Assembly (NCBI GenBank): GCA_033763455.1
Contig: JANRKO010000039.1
Location: forward strand, 64,001 to 128,000
Direction: 5' to 3'
DNA length: 64,000 nucleotides
From: Polyangiaceae bacterium
Lineage (GTDB): Bacteria; Myxococcota_A; Polyangia; Polyangiales; Polyangiaceae
A model generated the notes under the pieces. The model did no database searches, had not been told where the DNA came from, and saw only the letters and a program-made list of their open reading frames with translations. Every line of letters starts with the position of its first letter. The stretch's first letter is position 1. This document shows positions 9,083 through 18,769 of this stretch, piece by piece. Position numbers and translations under genes: made by a program.

Positions 9083-11119
9083 CTAGCCCGCCCGCAGATC
9101 ATCCTGCCAAGGCGATTGGCAGCTTTCGTCGGCAAGAAAGAAAAGCGCGGCGCGCATCTCCAGGTATTCGTCAGTAACCATCTGGAGCAACACGGGCGGC
9201 ATTTGCTCTATTGGGAGCCCTTCCCAAGAGAACCCCACAACGCCCTGGGTGAGCGAGCGCAGCCCGGAAGTGAGTGCTTGATCGCGGCAGCGGAAGTAGC
9301 GCTGAATCGCTGTGGCGAGTGCGTACGAAAAGCGAGGCGCTTCCTGTTCAGCCGAGGGCAGCCCCACCTCGCTCATGCCCGCTCCGAAACATACCCAAGT
9401 TAGGCCAGTCCACGCGAGCCGCGCCTGGCGCATAAGAGCCACAAACCCCAAGTGTTCCAAGTTGAGCGTCTCGTCGACCAGGACGGTATCCACCTGCTCA
9501 CCAGCGACCGCTTCAAACGACCACTGGCCGAGCGTCACCGGACCTGACGGCAGCAGCTTGGATACATCTGGCGGAAACCACGCTGGCAATGAACTCTCAG
9601 ATCCGAACCCTAGGCAGCGCCTCATCGCCTCCCGGGTGAGTAAAAGCCGCGTCGCATACTTCTGAACCGCCAAACGCACCGCCCCAAGCGCTTGCTCGGG
9701 CGCACTAGGGAGCTCCTCGACCACCCTTTCGATGAGCTCACAAGCGGCCGGCCAAAAACCAAACTCCGGGAAAAGCACTCGCACATAGGACTTCAAAAAT
9801 GCAGAAGTCTGGCTAGACACTGTCGCCAGAACTTCGGCATCACGCAACGCCCCCGCGCGATCTCCCAACTCAACTCGAATCAAGCCACGACCAGCGAGCA
9901 ATTCCGGAGTCGATCCGGCAAGCACGATCGCGGCTTCAACAAAATCCGCAGCGAGCGTCGGTAACTCCAGATGCGCCAACGAAATCGCCCGAAATACCAA
10001 AGCTGGCCCGACACCCACCAATAGCGCATTAGCGAATGCTAAAACACTATTGGGATCGCGTTCTCTCAAAGCCGCTAGCACCACCTCGCTCGCACGCTCG
10101 GAAAGCGCCACCGTATGTACTTCTACGAAGTGCAACCACGGCTCACTCACTTGGGTTTGCCCGATCGCGCGCCCCACCGCCAACATTGCTTCATGCAAGC
10201 AACCTGCGCTTACCAATGCCTGAATGCGTTCACTCCATTGTTCGCTCGATGCTGAACCTGGAGCAAGCGCAACACTCGCCTTGAGTTCTTCCTCGGTAGG
10301 TAGCGCTCCGAAGTCTCTACCACCTACGAGCTTGCCTTGCGCGTCTAGGAACTGCCACGGACCGAACGCAAAGCCTTGTTCAAACTGCCCGCAGAGCGCG
10401 TGAATAGCGGAATCCGTGTACCAATTGTCCTCGACCTGCCGAGAGAAATACGGCCCCTGACGCAGGCCACTCACCCAATGTTCCTCCAAAAGTAGCTCGC
10501 CCCCATCGGCCCAAAGAGCGTGCACCCCGTGCCGCTTGTCGAGCTCATAGTCGTCAGTTTCCGTGAGCCTGCCGCTCAGCGCCCAGTAGGACCAAGTGCC
10601 CGCCCGTTGACCCGCTCCGTTGCGCTTGCCGAACACCCAACGTTGCTCTCTTGCGTCATACCATGCACCAGCAGGCACACCCTCTGGGCGTTCCGGGTGC
10701 AGCGATCCGTCAGGTAATAACAGGCGGTCTTCTCGGTCGTAGAAGCGCTCCCTAGCGAACTGTCCCTCGCCGTAATCTACCCGCATCGACCAGGCGTTGG
10801 GGGGAACACAGCACGAGCGCAGCGTTTCACGAGTGGGCCCTGTGGATGCGTATGCCTTGAGAGTGCCAATAGCCTTGCCATGTTGATATTCGGCCTCGCG
10901 AGCGAGCTCCCCGTTGGGGTGAAACCGCCGCAGCTTTCCGTGCAACTTGCCGGCCTTGTACTCGGAAAAGAGCTTCAGCGAGCCGTCCGCTCGCCAGCTG
11001 CGCAGCACACCATGGCGCACCCCCTCTTCGTCCTGCTCAGCCAACTGCCATTCGCTGGCTTCATCGCGCCACGCGGCTTCAAGCGGCACCTGATCGGGCC
11101 TATCGGGAAGTGAGGACAC
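9083..11119 (-). CDS. MORN-variant (YwqK-like) repeat protein with helical/TPR-like C-terminal region
   Basis: Repeats of the type RHGVLRSWRADG, LHGKLRRFHPNG, RAGTWSYW, RHGVHALWADGG. Start uncertain (GTG 11119; the ORF extends to 11200). Confidence 0.7.
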   Translation of the reverse strand: MSSLPDRPDQVPLEAAWRDEASEWQLAEQDEEGVRHGVLRSWRADGSLKLFSEYKAGKLHGKLRRFHPNGELAREAEYQHGKAIGTLKAYASTGPTRETLRSCCVPPNAWSMRVDYGEGQFARERFYDREDRLLLPDGSLHPERPEGVPAGAWYDAREQRWVFGKRNGAGQRAGTWSYWALSGRLTETDDYELDKRHGVHALWADGGELLLEEHWVSGLRQGPYFSRQVEDNWYTDSAIHALCGQFEQGFAFGPWQFLDAQGKLVGGRDFGALPTEEELKASVALAPGSASSEQWSERIQALVSAGCLHEAMLAVGRAIGQTQVSEPWLHFVEVHTVALSERASEVVLAALRERDPNSVLAFANALLVGVGPALVFRAISLAHLELPTLAADFVEAAIVLAGSTPELLAGRGLIRVELGDRAGALRDAEVLATVSSQTSAFLKSYVRVLFPEFGFWPAACELIERVVEELPSAPEQALGAVRLAVQKYATRLLLTREAMRRCLGFGSESSLPAWFPPDVSKLLPSGPVTLGQWSFEAVAGEQVDTVLVDETLNLEHLGFVALMRQARLAWTGLTWVCFGAGMSEVGLPSAEQEAPRFSYALATAIQRYFRCRDQALTSGLRSLTQGVVGFSWEGLPIEQMPPVLLQMVTDEYLEMRAALFFLADESCQSPWQDDLRAG

Positions 11120-11270
11120 GTGGCAAGAACTCCGAGCCTGCGACGCTACGGCAACTCTGGCATGCGTGCAAAGGCAAACACAAGTAAAGCCGCCGTTCAT
11201 CGGCTTACGCGGACGCTATTTATGAAACGAGCTTGACCCAAGCCTTGGCAGTCAGCAAAACCTGGTGTCA

Positions 11271-12428
11271 ATGACGGTTGAACTGCCAAAGTGGGATCTC
11301 GGAAAACTACAACAGGCGCCGAAAAGCTTCGAAGCGCCCGGCTTTTCCTCGGAAGGCGTGCGCCCGCTTTTCTTTGAAGGTTTGCCTTACAAAGGCAAAC
11401 CCACCCGAAACTTCGCTTGGCTGGGCTTGCCGCACGAAGCCATGACGCGCAAAGTACCTGGTGTTGTGCTCTTGCACGGTGGGTGCGGCACAGCTTTTGC
11501 CGAATGGGTGCGGATCTGGACTCAACGCGGGTATGCGGCCATTGCTATGGATACGGCGGGGCAAACGCCCATTCAGGGAGTTGAAGACAACTTCTGCCAC
11601 GGTTGGCCGCGGCACGAATGGGCGGGGCCCGAGCCCTGGGGCGCCTCCTTTCAGACCTTGGACGAGCCGATTTCTGAGCAGTGGCCTTACCACGCTGTCG
11701 CGACCACGCTCTTGGCCCACTCACTGCTCGCCTCGCTACCGGAAGTGGATGAAAGCAAGATCGGCCTTACTGGCGTTTCTTGGGGTGGCTTCCTATCCAG
11801 CCTAATCGCTGGCGTTGACTCGCGTTTGCGTTGCGTGGCACCCGTCTATGGTGGCGGCTACGACCCGGAACGCTTTACATTTTTTGCAAGGGATCAGGAT
11901 CCGGAAAAACGCAAACGCTGGCTGGACCTCTACAATCCCATCCATTTTCTCCCCAACGCAAAGATGCCCATACTTTGGGTCACCGGCACCAACGACCACG
12001 CGAGCTCGTTGGAGCATCAGCTCTTTTCACTTAAGCGGGCTCCCGCCGAATCCACGCTGTGCGTAAAGCTGCGCATGGTGCACGGCCACGGGGGTGTTTC
12101 CGAGCGGCCGGGGGAAATTTGGCAGTTTTTCGAGTCGAATTTGAACGGCAAAAAGCCGCTCCTCAAGATTGTGGAGCAAGGGCGTGAAGGCGAAGAAGCA
12201 TGGCTCCGCTACCACGCCGTCACCGAGGTTGCGAAAGCGGAGCTCCTCTACACGTTCGATGTGGGGCCCTGCGCCGAACGCGTCTGGCACACCCGCCTGG
12301 CAAGGTTGGACGCGAAAACTTCTCGCGTTACGAGCATACCCCCGGAGGGCACCACCGCCTACTTCTTCAACGTCGAAGATTACCGAGGCCTCACTGTGAG
12401 CAGTGAACATGTGGAGCTCCGCGCTTAG
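11271..12428 (+). CDS. Alpha/beta hydrolase (acetylxylan esterase-like)
   Basis: LLHGG, nucleophile elbow GVSWGG, candidate Asp (TNDH) and His (HGHG). Confidence 0.8.
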   Translation: MTVELPKWDLGKLQQAPKSFEAPGFSSEGVRPLFFEGLPYKGKPTRNFAWLGLPHEAMTRKVPGVVLLHGGCGTAFAEWVRIWTQRGYAAIAMDTAGQTPIQGVEDNFCHGWPRHEWAGPEPWGASFQTLDEPISEQWPYHAVATTLLAHSLLASLPEVDESKIGLTGVSWGGFLSSLIAGVDSRLRCVAPVYGGGYDPERFTFFARDQDPEKRKRWLDLYNPIHFLPNAKMPILWVTGTNDHASSLEHQLFSLKRAPAESTLCVKLRMVHGHGGVSERPGEIWQFFESNLNGKKPLLKIVEQGREGEEAWLRYHAVTEVAKAELLYTFDVGPCAERVWHTRLARLDAKTSRVTSIPPEGTTAYFFNVEDYRGLTVSSEHVELRA

Positions 12429-12437
12429 CGCGACGCC

Positions 12438-13628
12438 ATGCACGCTAGTTATCCCATTCACTACCTGCGCCTGGTAGGCTCTACCAACACCAACAAGGTC
12501 ATGGCTGGCGAGCTCAATCGCTTAGCCCAGCGAGCCCTCCGCACACGCCCCCTTGAGCCCAAGAAAGACGGCACGGGCGCCATTTTGTACCCGTTCAACG
12601 TCGCGCTTGCGGCATTGGCCGTGCGTTACCACCACACCTCCGCGCGAGTCCTCTGGGACCTGTACGAAAGCCGCGCCAATCGGCTGGAGCCGCTCTACGC
12701 GGATCTTCTTTCGCAAATGGAGAAAGACGATCGGCTCTATCTCTGGGATGGCGCCACCATCAGCGTGCAAGCGTACGGTGTGGATGATTTCGCGGCCGGG
12801 GAGCGCCAGGTGGTTGGGACGGTGAAAAACGCCCTGATTGCAGGGGCTGCCACGCGCAACCTAACGCTCACCGTCGATCCAGATCACCCAGATTTGGTTT
12901 TTTCCGTGCGCATGCCCGCCCCAGATCGGGTGCTTATCTCGCTGGATCTAGCTGGCCGCCCGATGAATCAACGTGGCTACCGCGTGGAGTCGGGTGAGGC
13001 GCCCTTGCGTGAAGATGTTGCGGCCCAGCTGGTGATGATGACACGTCACGATGCACGCACCGAGGCACTAGTGGATCCGATGGCGGGCTCTGGAACCATC
13101 GCGATTGAAGCCGCCTGCATGGCTCAAGGTCGCTACAATTGGCAATCCGGGCGCACGCCTTCAGCCGCGCGCTTGCCTGAATTTGCGGAACACTTTGCAT
13201 CACGTGCAGAGCCCCTGTTTGAGGACACCAAGCCGCTGATATTCTGCAGCGAGATCTTGCCGAACATGTGCGAAGTGCTGCGTAAAAATGCGGATACCGC
13301 TGGCGAAGCACGCTCCATCGAGATCCACGCGGGTGATTTTCGCGATTGGCGGGCTGAAGATATCTTCGCCCAAATCGCTGCCAAAGGGGGCAACCCAAGC
13401 CGCGGCGTTATCCTCACTAACCCTCCCTACGGGCACCGCATGGGAACCAACCTGCCCCAGCTCTACCACGACTTCGCGCGCTGGTGCCGCGGTTTTCCCG
13501 GCTGGCGGGTGGGCGTGATTGTCGCCAATGATGGCGAGTTCGAACGCGCTGTGGGTGGTCGGCCATCCGTGGTAAAACCGGTAAGAAACGGCGCACTCAA
13601 GGCTGATTTCTTAATGTACGAGCTCTAA
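12438..13628 (+). CDS. THUMP-associated RNA m2G methyltransferase (RlmL/YpsC-like)
   Basis: RGYR...APLRE, DPMAGSGTIAIEAA, TNPPYG. Confidence 0.8.
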   Translation: MHASYPIHYLRLVGSTNTNKVMAGELNRLAQRALRTRPLEPKKDGTGAILYPFNVALAALAVRYHHTSARVLWDLYESRANRLEPLYADLLSQMEKDDRLYLWDGATISVQAYGVDDFAAGERQVVGTVKNALIAGAATRNLTLTVDPDHPDLVFSVRMPAPDRVLISLDLAGRPMNQRGYRVESGEAPLREDVAAQLVMMTRHDARTEALVDPMAGSGTIAIEAACMAQGRYNWQSGRTPSAARLPEFAEHFASRAEPLFEDTKPLIFCSEILPNMCEVLRKNADTAGEARSIEIHAGDFRDWRAEDIFAQIAAKGGNPSRGVILTNPPYGHRMGTNLPQLYHDFARWCRGFPGWRVGVIVANDGEFERAVGGRPSVVKPVRNGALKADFLMYEL

Positions 13629-13631
13629 GCG

Positions 13632-14462
13632 ATGGCAACCTTCGTGATAGGTGACGTGCAGGGTTGTTACGATCCTTTGGCGCGCCTGCTCACTCAGGTA
13701 GGCTTCGACGAAACGGTGGATCGCCTCTGGTTAGTGGGCGACTTAGTGAACCGGGGGCCCCACTCCCTGGAAGTGATGAAGCTGTTGCGCAGTATTGCCA
13801 AAGCCTGCACGGTAACCCTCGGCAACCACGACCTCCACGCCTTGGCAGTGTTTTACCGAACTACCAAAGCTAAAGCCACTGACACACTCGGCGCCCTCTT
13901 GGCTGCACCAGATGCCCACGAACACTTCGATTGGCTGCGGCACTGTGCGCTTTTTCACACGGATGAAAGCTTGGGTTACTCGATGGTGCATGCAGGTGTG
14001 CTTCCCGATTGGGATATTCATACCGCAGGGCTCCGTGCTCGCGAGGTAGAAGCTGCCCTACAAAGTTCATCCCCAGAGAGCTTCCTCCGGGACATGTACG
14101 GCAATGAACCGGCACGTTTTGACGATTCGCTACGCGGCAACTCGCGCTTACGGGTTATCACCAACGTGCTCACGCGCATGCGATTCTGCAGGACGGATGG
14201 GACGCTTGATCTGAAGAGCAAGGGGCCGCTCAGCGAGACACCGGTGGGTTACCTGCCGTGGTTCTCACACACCCAAAGAAAAACAGCCGATAACCGCATC
14301 TTTTTCGGGCATTGGGCCCACCTCCTCGGGGAAACACACGTGCCCAATGCGATTGCTACGGATACTGCGTGCGTGTGGGGAGAGTGTTTAACCGCAATTC
14401 GCATCGAAGACGGCAAGCGATTTCAGGCGCCTTGCCCTCCCAGAGCCTCCAACTCTCGATAA
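13632..14462 (+). CDS. apaH: Symmetrical bis(5'-nucleosyl)-tetraphosphatase
   Basis: GDVQGC, GDLVNRGP, LGNHD, VHAG, LTRMRF, FGHWA, DTACVWG. Confidence 0.92.
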   Translation: MATFVIGDVQGCYDPLARLLTQVGFDETVDRLWLVGDLVNRGPHSLEVMKLLRSIAKACTVTLGNHDLHALAVFYRTTKAKATDTLGALLAAPDAHEHFDWLRHCALFHTDESLGYSMVHAGVLPDWDIHTAGLRAREVEAALQSSSPESFLRDMYGNEPARFDDSLRGNSRLRVITNVLTRMRFCRTDGTLDLKSKGPLSETPVGYLPWFSHTQRKTADNRIFFGHWAHLLGETHVPNAIATDTACVWGECLTAIRIEDGKRFQAPCPPRASNSR

Positions 14463-15445
14463 CAGTCCGCACACATCTGGCCTTTTTGCGTGATCATGAT
14501 TTGGTGGTGCGCCACAGGCTTGCCACAGCCTCGGCAGACCGGGACGCTTGGTGGCGGTTGGCTCACCTGGCTTCGCGACGGCTTGCCATTCACAGCATCT
14601 CCGCCAACGGGGGCCTCGGCCGCGGGTACTTCGGCTGCGCGAACCTCCGCCGCGGGTACTTCGGTTGCGAGGACCTCCGCCGCGGGTACTTCGGCTGCGC
14701 GAACCTCCGCCGCAGGCACTTCGGCTGCGCGAACCTCCGCCGCAGGCACTTCGGACACACTCACGTTGGATTCTACAAGTTCAATTTTCGCTACAGCCCC
14801 GCTCGCCAGAAGAGCGATCCGAAAACGTTCAGCTTGCAGTTGTGGGATGGCTTCTGCGACCACAGTAGGCGTTGCAAATGCAAGCGCGTAGGCCTTGGAG
14901 CTCGCGAGGCCCAAAGATTCTAACGTGTGCGCAACTTCACTCTCTACGTCCTCCGCCGATAACAGGAGCACGTCAAACAAACCGCTTTCTTCGAGCGTTG
15001 GGCGAACCGCTGGAACGGCCAAGGCCTGGGACGCTGGCCCTTTAGGCGTGCTCGGAGCTGGTGCAGGATCTGTTTCTATCGCGGAAGCGCTTAGCGGAGG
15101 CTGCGTATCGGCAGGAACTGTATCCGCCTCGGGCGCGGTTGGTGATCGCCGCGCAGGCGCTACGTTTTTTGGGGGGGAAGCTTTCGAGGCCTTAGGGGCA
15201 GACGGCGTCGAGCGCCTCGCCTCCTTGGGCTTTGGGGCTTGCCCCGTTTCGAGCATCGTAGATCTCCAAGAAGCCACGTTCTCCATAAACCACTGCAAGT
15301 GGCCGCACTTGGCACACACCAACGTGGTAAGCAGGCCTGCATTATCGGAAGCTGACGTGTTCTGGCCGGGCTCTACCACGCTGAACTTGATCGGCGCCTG
15401 CCACACTTCATCGTGGCCGCAGAGGGCGCACTTGCCGCTTCGCAT
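14423..15445 (-). CDS. Hypothetical protein: zinc ribbon + L7/L12-CTD-like domain + repeat linker + C4 zinc finger
   Basis: CALC..CAKC at the N-terminus; FDVLLLSA...LGL...P.VVAEAI...GAVAKIE resembles the L7/L12 CTD; CRGC..CADC at the C-terminus. Start is ATG 15445 or GTG 15484. Confidence 0.65.
   Translation of the reverse strand: MRSGKCALCGHDEVWQAPIKFSVVEPGQNTSASDNAGLLTTLVCAKCGHLQWFMENVASWRSTMLETGQAPKPKEARRSTPSAPKASKASPPKNVAPARRSPTAPEADTVPADTQPPLSASAIETDPAPAPSTPKGPASQALAVPAVRPTLEESGLFDVLLLSAEDVESEVAHTLESLGLASSKAYALAFATPTVVAEAIPQLQAERFRIALLASGAVAKIELVESNVSVSEVPAAEVRAAEVPAAEVRAAEVPAAEVLATEVPAAEVRAAEVPAAEAPVGGDAVNGKPSRSQVSQPPPSVPVCRGCGKPVAHHQIMITQKGQMCADCYRELEALGGQGA
14614..14754. repeat. Intragenic 30-bp tandem repeat, about 4.7 copies
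   Basis: Unit cctccgccgcgggtacttcggctgcgcgaa, encoding (EVPAAEVRAA)n on the minus strand. Confidence 0.95.
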
Positions 15446-15737
15446 ATCTTGGGTCACTTTCTCACCAGCTCCAAGTTGCGTCACACTTTAGGGCCGGGGC
15501 AAGGCCTGACCCAAAAGAAGAACAACGACGGATTTTTGCAGGAAATCTCTGGGCCAAGAACCCACGTCTGCACACAAGGTCGGCGACGTGAGCGCCCCAG
15601 CACGAAAAGGCCCGCGCCGCACCCGAGGGTTATCCCGAATTCGCTCAAATGTAGCGCAATAACCTCGCTGAGGCCTGGCACCCACCAGACGCGGGGACGT
15701 ACTCTTCGGTTCCACTTACGGACTTAGGAAAATAAGC

Positions 15738-17579
15738 ATGCCGCCTTGCCGCCGTTCAAGCTGGAGCAACACTTTTGCCGCTTTGGCGTGGCTGCTCTCA
15801 AGCACCAGCTGCTCAACGTCGTTGAGCAGCGCAGGCGGGTCCGCGTTAGCGGGTAAAGGTCCCAACGCTGGCGGGGATCCTGCAACCGACTCAGGGCTGC
15901 CCCCCTCCCCGCAAACGCCCAACCCGCCCCCGCCAGAGATCGAAGCGCCGCTTGAGTTTGAGCAGCCTCACGCGGGTGAACACTTTTGTTACGTGGCCAA
16001 TCCGGACACCAATCGCGTCTCGGTGATCGACGCGCGCTCTCTGGCTATCCACAGTGTTGAAGCGGGGGACCACCCCACCTACCTAGAAACGCTCAATGGT
16101 AAAGATGTAGCCATCGTTCTGAACATAGCCTCTAGCGACGCAAGCATCTTGCGTACCGATTTAACCGGCGCGTCGCGCGTAACACGTGTTGCCTTAACCG
16201 CCGGATCTAACTCGATCCGCGTGGCCCCCGACGGAAAACATGCCGTTTCTTTTTTTGATTCGCAAAAGTCTAGCTTGGGCAGCACCGGCAGCTTCCAAGA
16301 CGTCAACATCATCACGGTGGGGGACGGCGCATTGGTACCGGATACTGCGGTTACGGTCTCCGTAGGATTCCGCCCGAGCCGCGTGTTTTTCGACAGCAGC
16401 TCCACGCATGCCTTCGTGGTTACCGAAGATGGTGTCTCTATCATCGAACTCGCATCGAGTGCCGAAGCGGGAATCGCACGTACTTTGGCGCTTGTACCGA
16501 AGATAGCTGCCAAGACGTTGGATGTCTCGGTTACCCCAGATGGCAAGTACGCACTTGGTCGCAGCCCAGGCTCCAGCCTCGTATACTTGCTCGACCTGGT
16601 AACCGGTGGCGTTCAGACGCTCGATCTTAGCCCAGTCGTCGCAAAGGCCTCCGCCAGCAACACGGCCCTCCAAGTGTCCGAGGCCGGTGCCGCTGGCCAG
16701 GCAAACGCAGGCGCCCCTGGCATGGCAGGCACGGCGGGTGCCTCGGGTGGGACACCGAGCGCTGGGGCACCGCCGCCGAACGAAGGGGGCGCTGGAGGCG
16801 CCTCCTCCGTGCCACCCTTTGTGGCTGAGGTAACAGACGTGGATCTCGCCGAGAACGGAGAGCTTGCGGTGGCAGTGGTGCGCAACGCATCGGCCGTCGT
16901 GTCGCTTCCACTGCCCGCGGCTTTCAACGACCCCGAACAGGCCCATGTTGAGATCATCGAAGGGGAAGCTATCGGTTCGGTAACCCTAACCCCTAACGCG
17001 GAGCAGGCGCTCCTCTACACCACGGCCCAGGCAACCGTGGAGCGGCTCACGCGTCTGAATCTCAAGACCTTCACCTGGGAGGCTCGGGACATACGCAAGA
17101 TGGTCCGCTCGGTTGTGATCACCGCAGACAATTCCACAGCTATCGTGGTGCACGAAAAAGCCCCAGGTGATCCCAGCAACACGGGAATTGATCCCGAGGT
17201 TGTGATCGATCGTTCGTATGGCTACAGCCTCATCGCTCTTAACAACAATGGGTTCTCCAAGTTGCAAACCACAGCCGCCGAGGTTGGGCCCATGAGCGTC
17301 ATGCCAGACGGAAAATCATTGTTCGTACTGGTTAACGGCCCCGATGCCCGCGCGGGGCAGCCGGACGTGCACACCGTAGAACGCGTGGGCCTCACGGATT
17401 TTATCGTAACGCGCTTGGCGCTCGGAAGCCCTCCCTTCTCTCTGGGAGCCGTGCCCGGTGCGGGAAAGGCGTGGGTTGGCCAGCGTCATCCCGACGGGCG
17501 CATCACCTTCTTTGATTTTGCGGCCCAACGTGTGGAGAGCGTTACAGGCTACGAACTCAACAGTCGCGTCCGCGAATAG
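15738..17579 (+). CDS. Exported beta-propeller (YncE-like) protein, probable lipoprotein
   Basis: Signal peptide ending in Cys; blade-like repeats YVANPDTNRVSVID, VAPDGK, VTPDGK, MPDGK. Confidence 0.7.
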   Translation: MPPCRRSSWSNTFAALAWLLSSTSCSTSLSSAGGSALAGKGPNAGGDPATDSGLPPSPQTPNPPPPEIEAPLEFEQPHAGEHFCYVANPDTNRVSVIDARSLAIHSVEAGDHPTYLETLNGKDVAIVLNIASSDASILRTDLTGASRVTRVALTAGSNSIRVAPDGKHAVSFFDSQKSSLGSTGSFQDVNIITVGDGALVPDTAVTVSVGFRPSRVFFDSSSTHAFVVTEDGVSIIELASSAEAGIARTLALVPKIAAKTLDVSVTPDGKYALGRSPGSSLVYLLDLVTGGVQTLDLSPVVAKASASNTALQVSEAGAAGQANAGAPGMAGTAGASGGTPSAGAPPPNEGGAGGASSVPPFVAEVTDVDLAENGELAVAVVRNASAVVSLPLPAAFNDPEQAHVEIIEGEAIGSVTLTPNAEQALLYTTAQATVERLTRLNLKTFTWEARDIRKMVRSVVITADNSTAIVVHEKAPGDPSNTGIDPEVVIDRSYGYSLIALNNNGFSKLQTTAAEVGPMSVMPDGKSLFVLVNGPDARAGQPDVHTVERVGLTDFIVTRLALGSPPFSLGAVPGAGKAWVGQRHPDGRITFFDFAAQRVESVTGYELNSRVRE

Positions 17580-17616
17580 ACGCCTCCGCGCCGCCTCCGC
17601 GAATAGCCCGAAATGA

Positions 17617-18768
17617 CTATCTGGAGGCCGCAAAAGCGAGCATCGAACGGACAACAGACTCAACCTCTTCGCCGGTCAGTTCCGGAAAAATCGGTATGGC
17701 CACCGTATCTTGTGCCGCGGCTTCCGCGACGGGAAAATCTCCAACTTTATGCCCTAGGCTCGAGAAGCACGCCTGAAGGTGCATGGGTACTGGATAGTAG
17801 ACCTCAGTTCCGATCCCCTCGGCTTGAAGGTGCTTGCGCAGAGCATCGCGTTGACCGCCCGCCACCGTCACGATGTACTGATTGAATACATGGCGCGTTT
17901 GCAGAGCCGATGGGAGTGTGAATAGACGCGTGCTCGCGGCCCCAGCAGACCACTTGTTCGCCTGACTCGACGCAAGGAAGAGCTCGTCGTAGCGGGCTGC
18001 ATTCTTCTGTCGCGCTTGGGTGTAGCCATCGAGCCGCCGCAGCTTCACTCGAATCAGCGCCGCCTGAACCGCATCGAGCCGGAAATTCCCACCCACCAGC
18101 GAGTGGTAATATTTGGGCTTCGAACCGTGGGCTCGCAACACTCGCAACCGTTCGTTGAGAGCTTCATCGTTGGTGGTGATCATGCCGCCATCGCCGAAAC
18201 CACCCAGATTTTTTGAGGGAAAGAACGAAAAGCACCCGACATCGCCCAGGCTCCCAGCACGGCGCCCCTGATATTCGGCTCCGATGGCTTGGGCGGCGTC
18301 TTCGATCACCTTGAGGCCGTGGCGGCGCGCAATCGCGAGCACCGGCTCCATATCCGCGCACTGGCCGAACAAGTGTACCGCCACAATGGCCTTGGTGCGC
18401 GGGGTGATTTTCTTTTCGACGTCTTTCGGATCCAGGTTGAGACTATCGGGCACGGAATCCACAAACACGGGCCGTGCACCGGTGCGCCAGATGCTACCTG
18501 CGGTGGCAAAGAACGTGTACGTGGGGCAAATCACCTCGTCCCCCGGCTGAAGATCGATAGCCATCAGCGCGGCAAGGAGCGCGTCGGTGCCCGAAGAAAC
18601 CCCAATACCAAAGCGACACTGCGAGTACTCCGCGCACTCACGTTCAAGCGCCTCCACTTCGGGACCGAGAATATAGTGGCCACTCTTCAGCACCCCCTCG
18701 AAGGCCGAGATCAATTCGGCGTCCAATTCGGCGCCACCACGTCGTAGATCAAGCAAGGGAACAGTCAC
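17617..18768 (-). CDS. DegT/DnrJ/EryC1/StrS aminotransferase (WbpE-like)
   Basis: SSGTDAL, EDAAQA, SFFPSKNLG (PLP lysine), NFRLD, YYPVP. Confidence 0.93.
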   Translation of the reverse strand: MTVPLLDLRRGGAELDAELISAFEGVLKSGHYILGPEVEALERECAEYSQCRFGIGVSSGTDALLAALMAIDLQPGDEVICPTYTFFATAGSIWRTGARPVFVDSVPDSLNLDPKDVEKKITPRTKAIVAVHLFGQCADMEPVLAIARRHGLKVIEDAAQAIGAEYQGRRAGSLGDVGCFSFFPSKNLGGFGDGGMITTNDEALNERLRVLRAHGSKPKYYHSLVGGNFRLDAVQAALIRVKLRRLDGYTQARQKNAARYDELFLASSQANKWSAGAASTRLFTLPSALQTRHVFNQYIVTVAGGQRDALRKHLQAEGIGTEVYYPVPMHLQACFSSLGHKVGDFPVAEAAAQDTVAIPIFPELTGEEVESVVRSMLAFAASR

Positions 18769-18769
18769 G

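Noticed and set aside
14614..14754. 30-bp repeats as a CRISPR array
   Set aside because: Units are contiguous with no spacers, lie in frame within a CDS, and there are no cas genes
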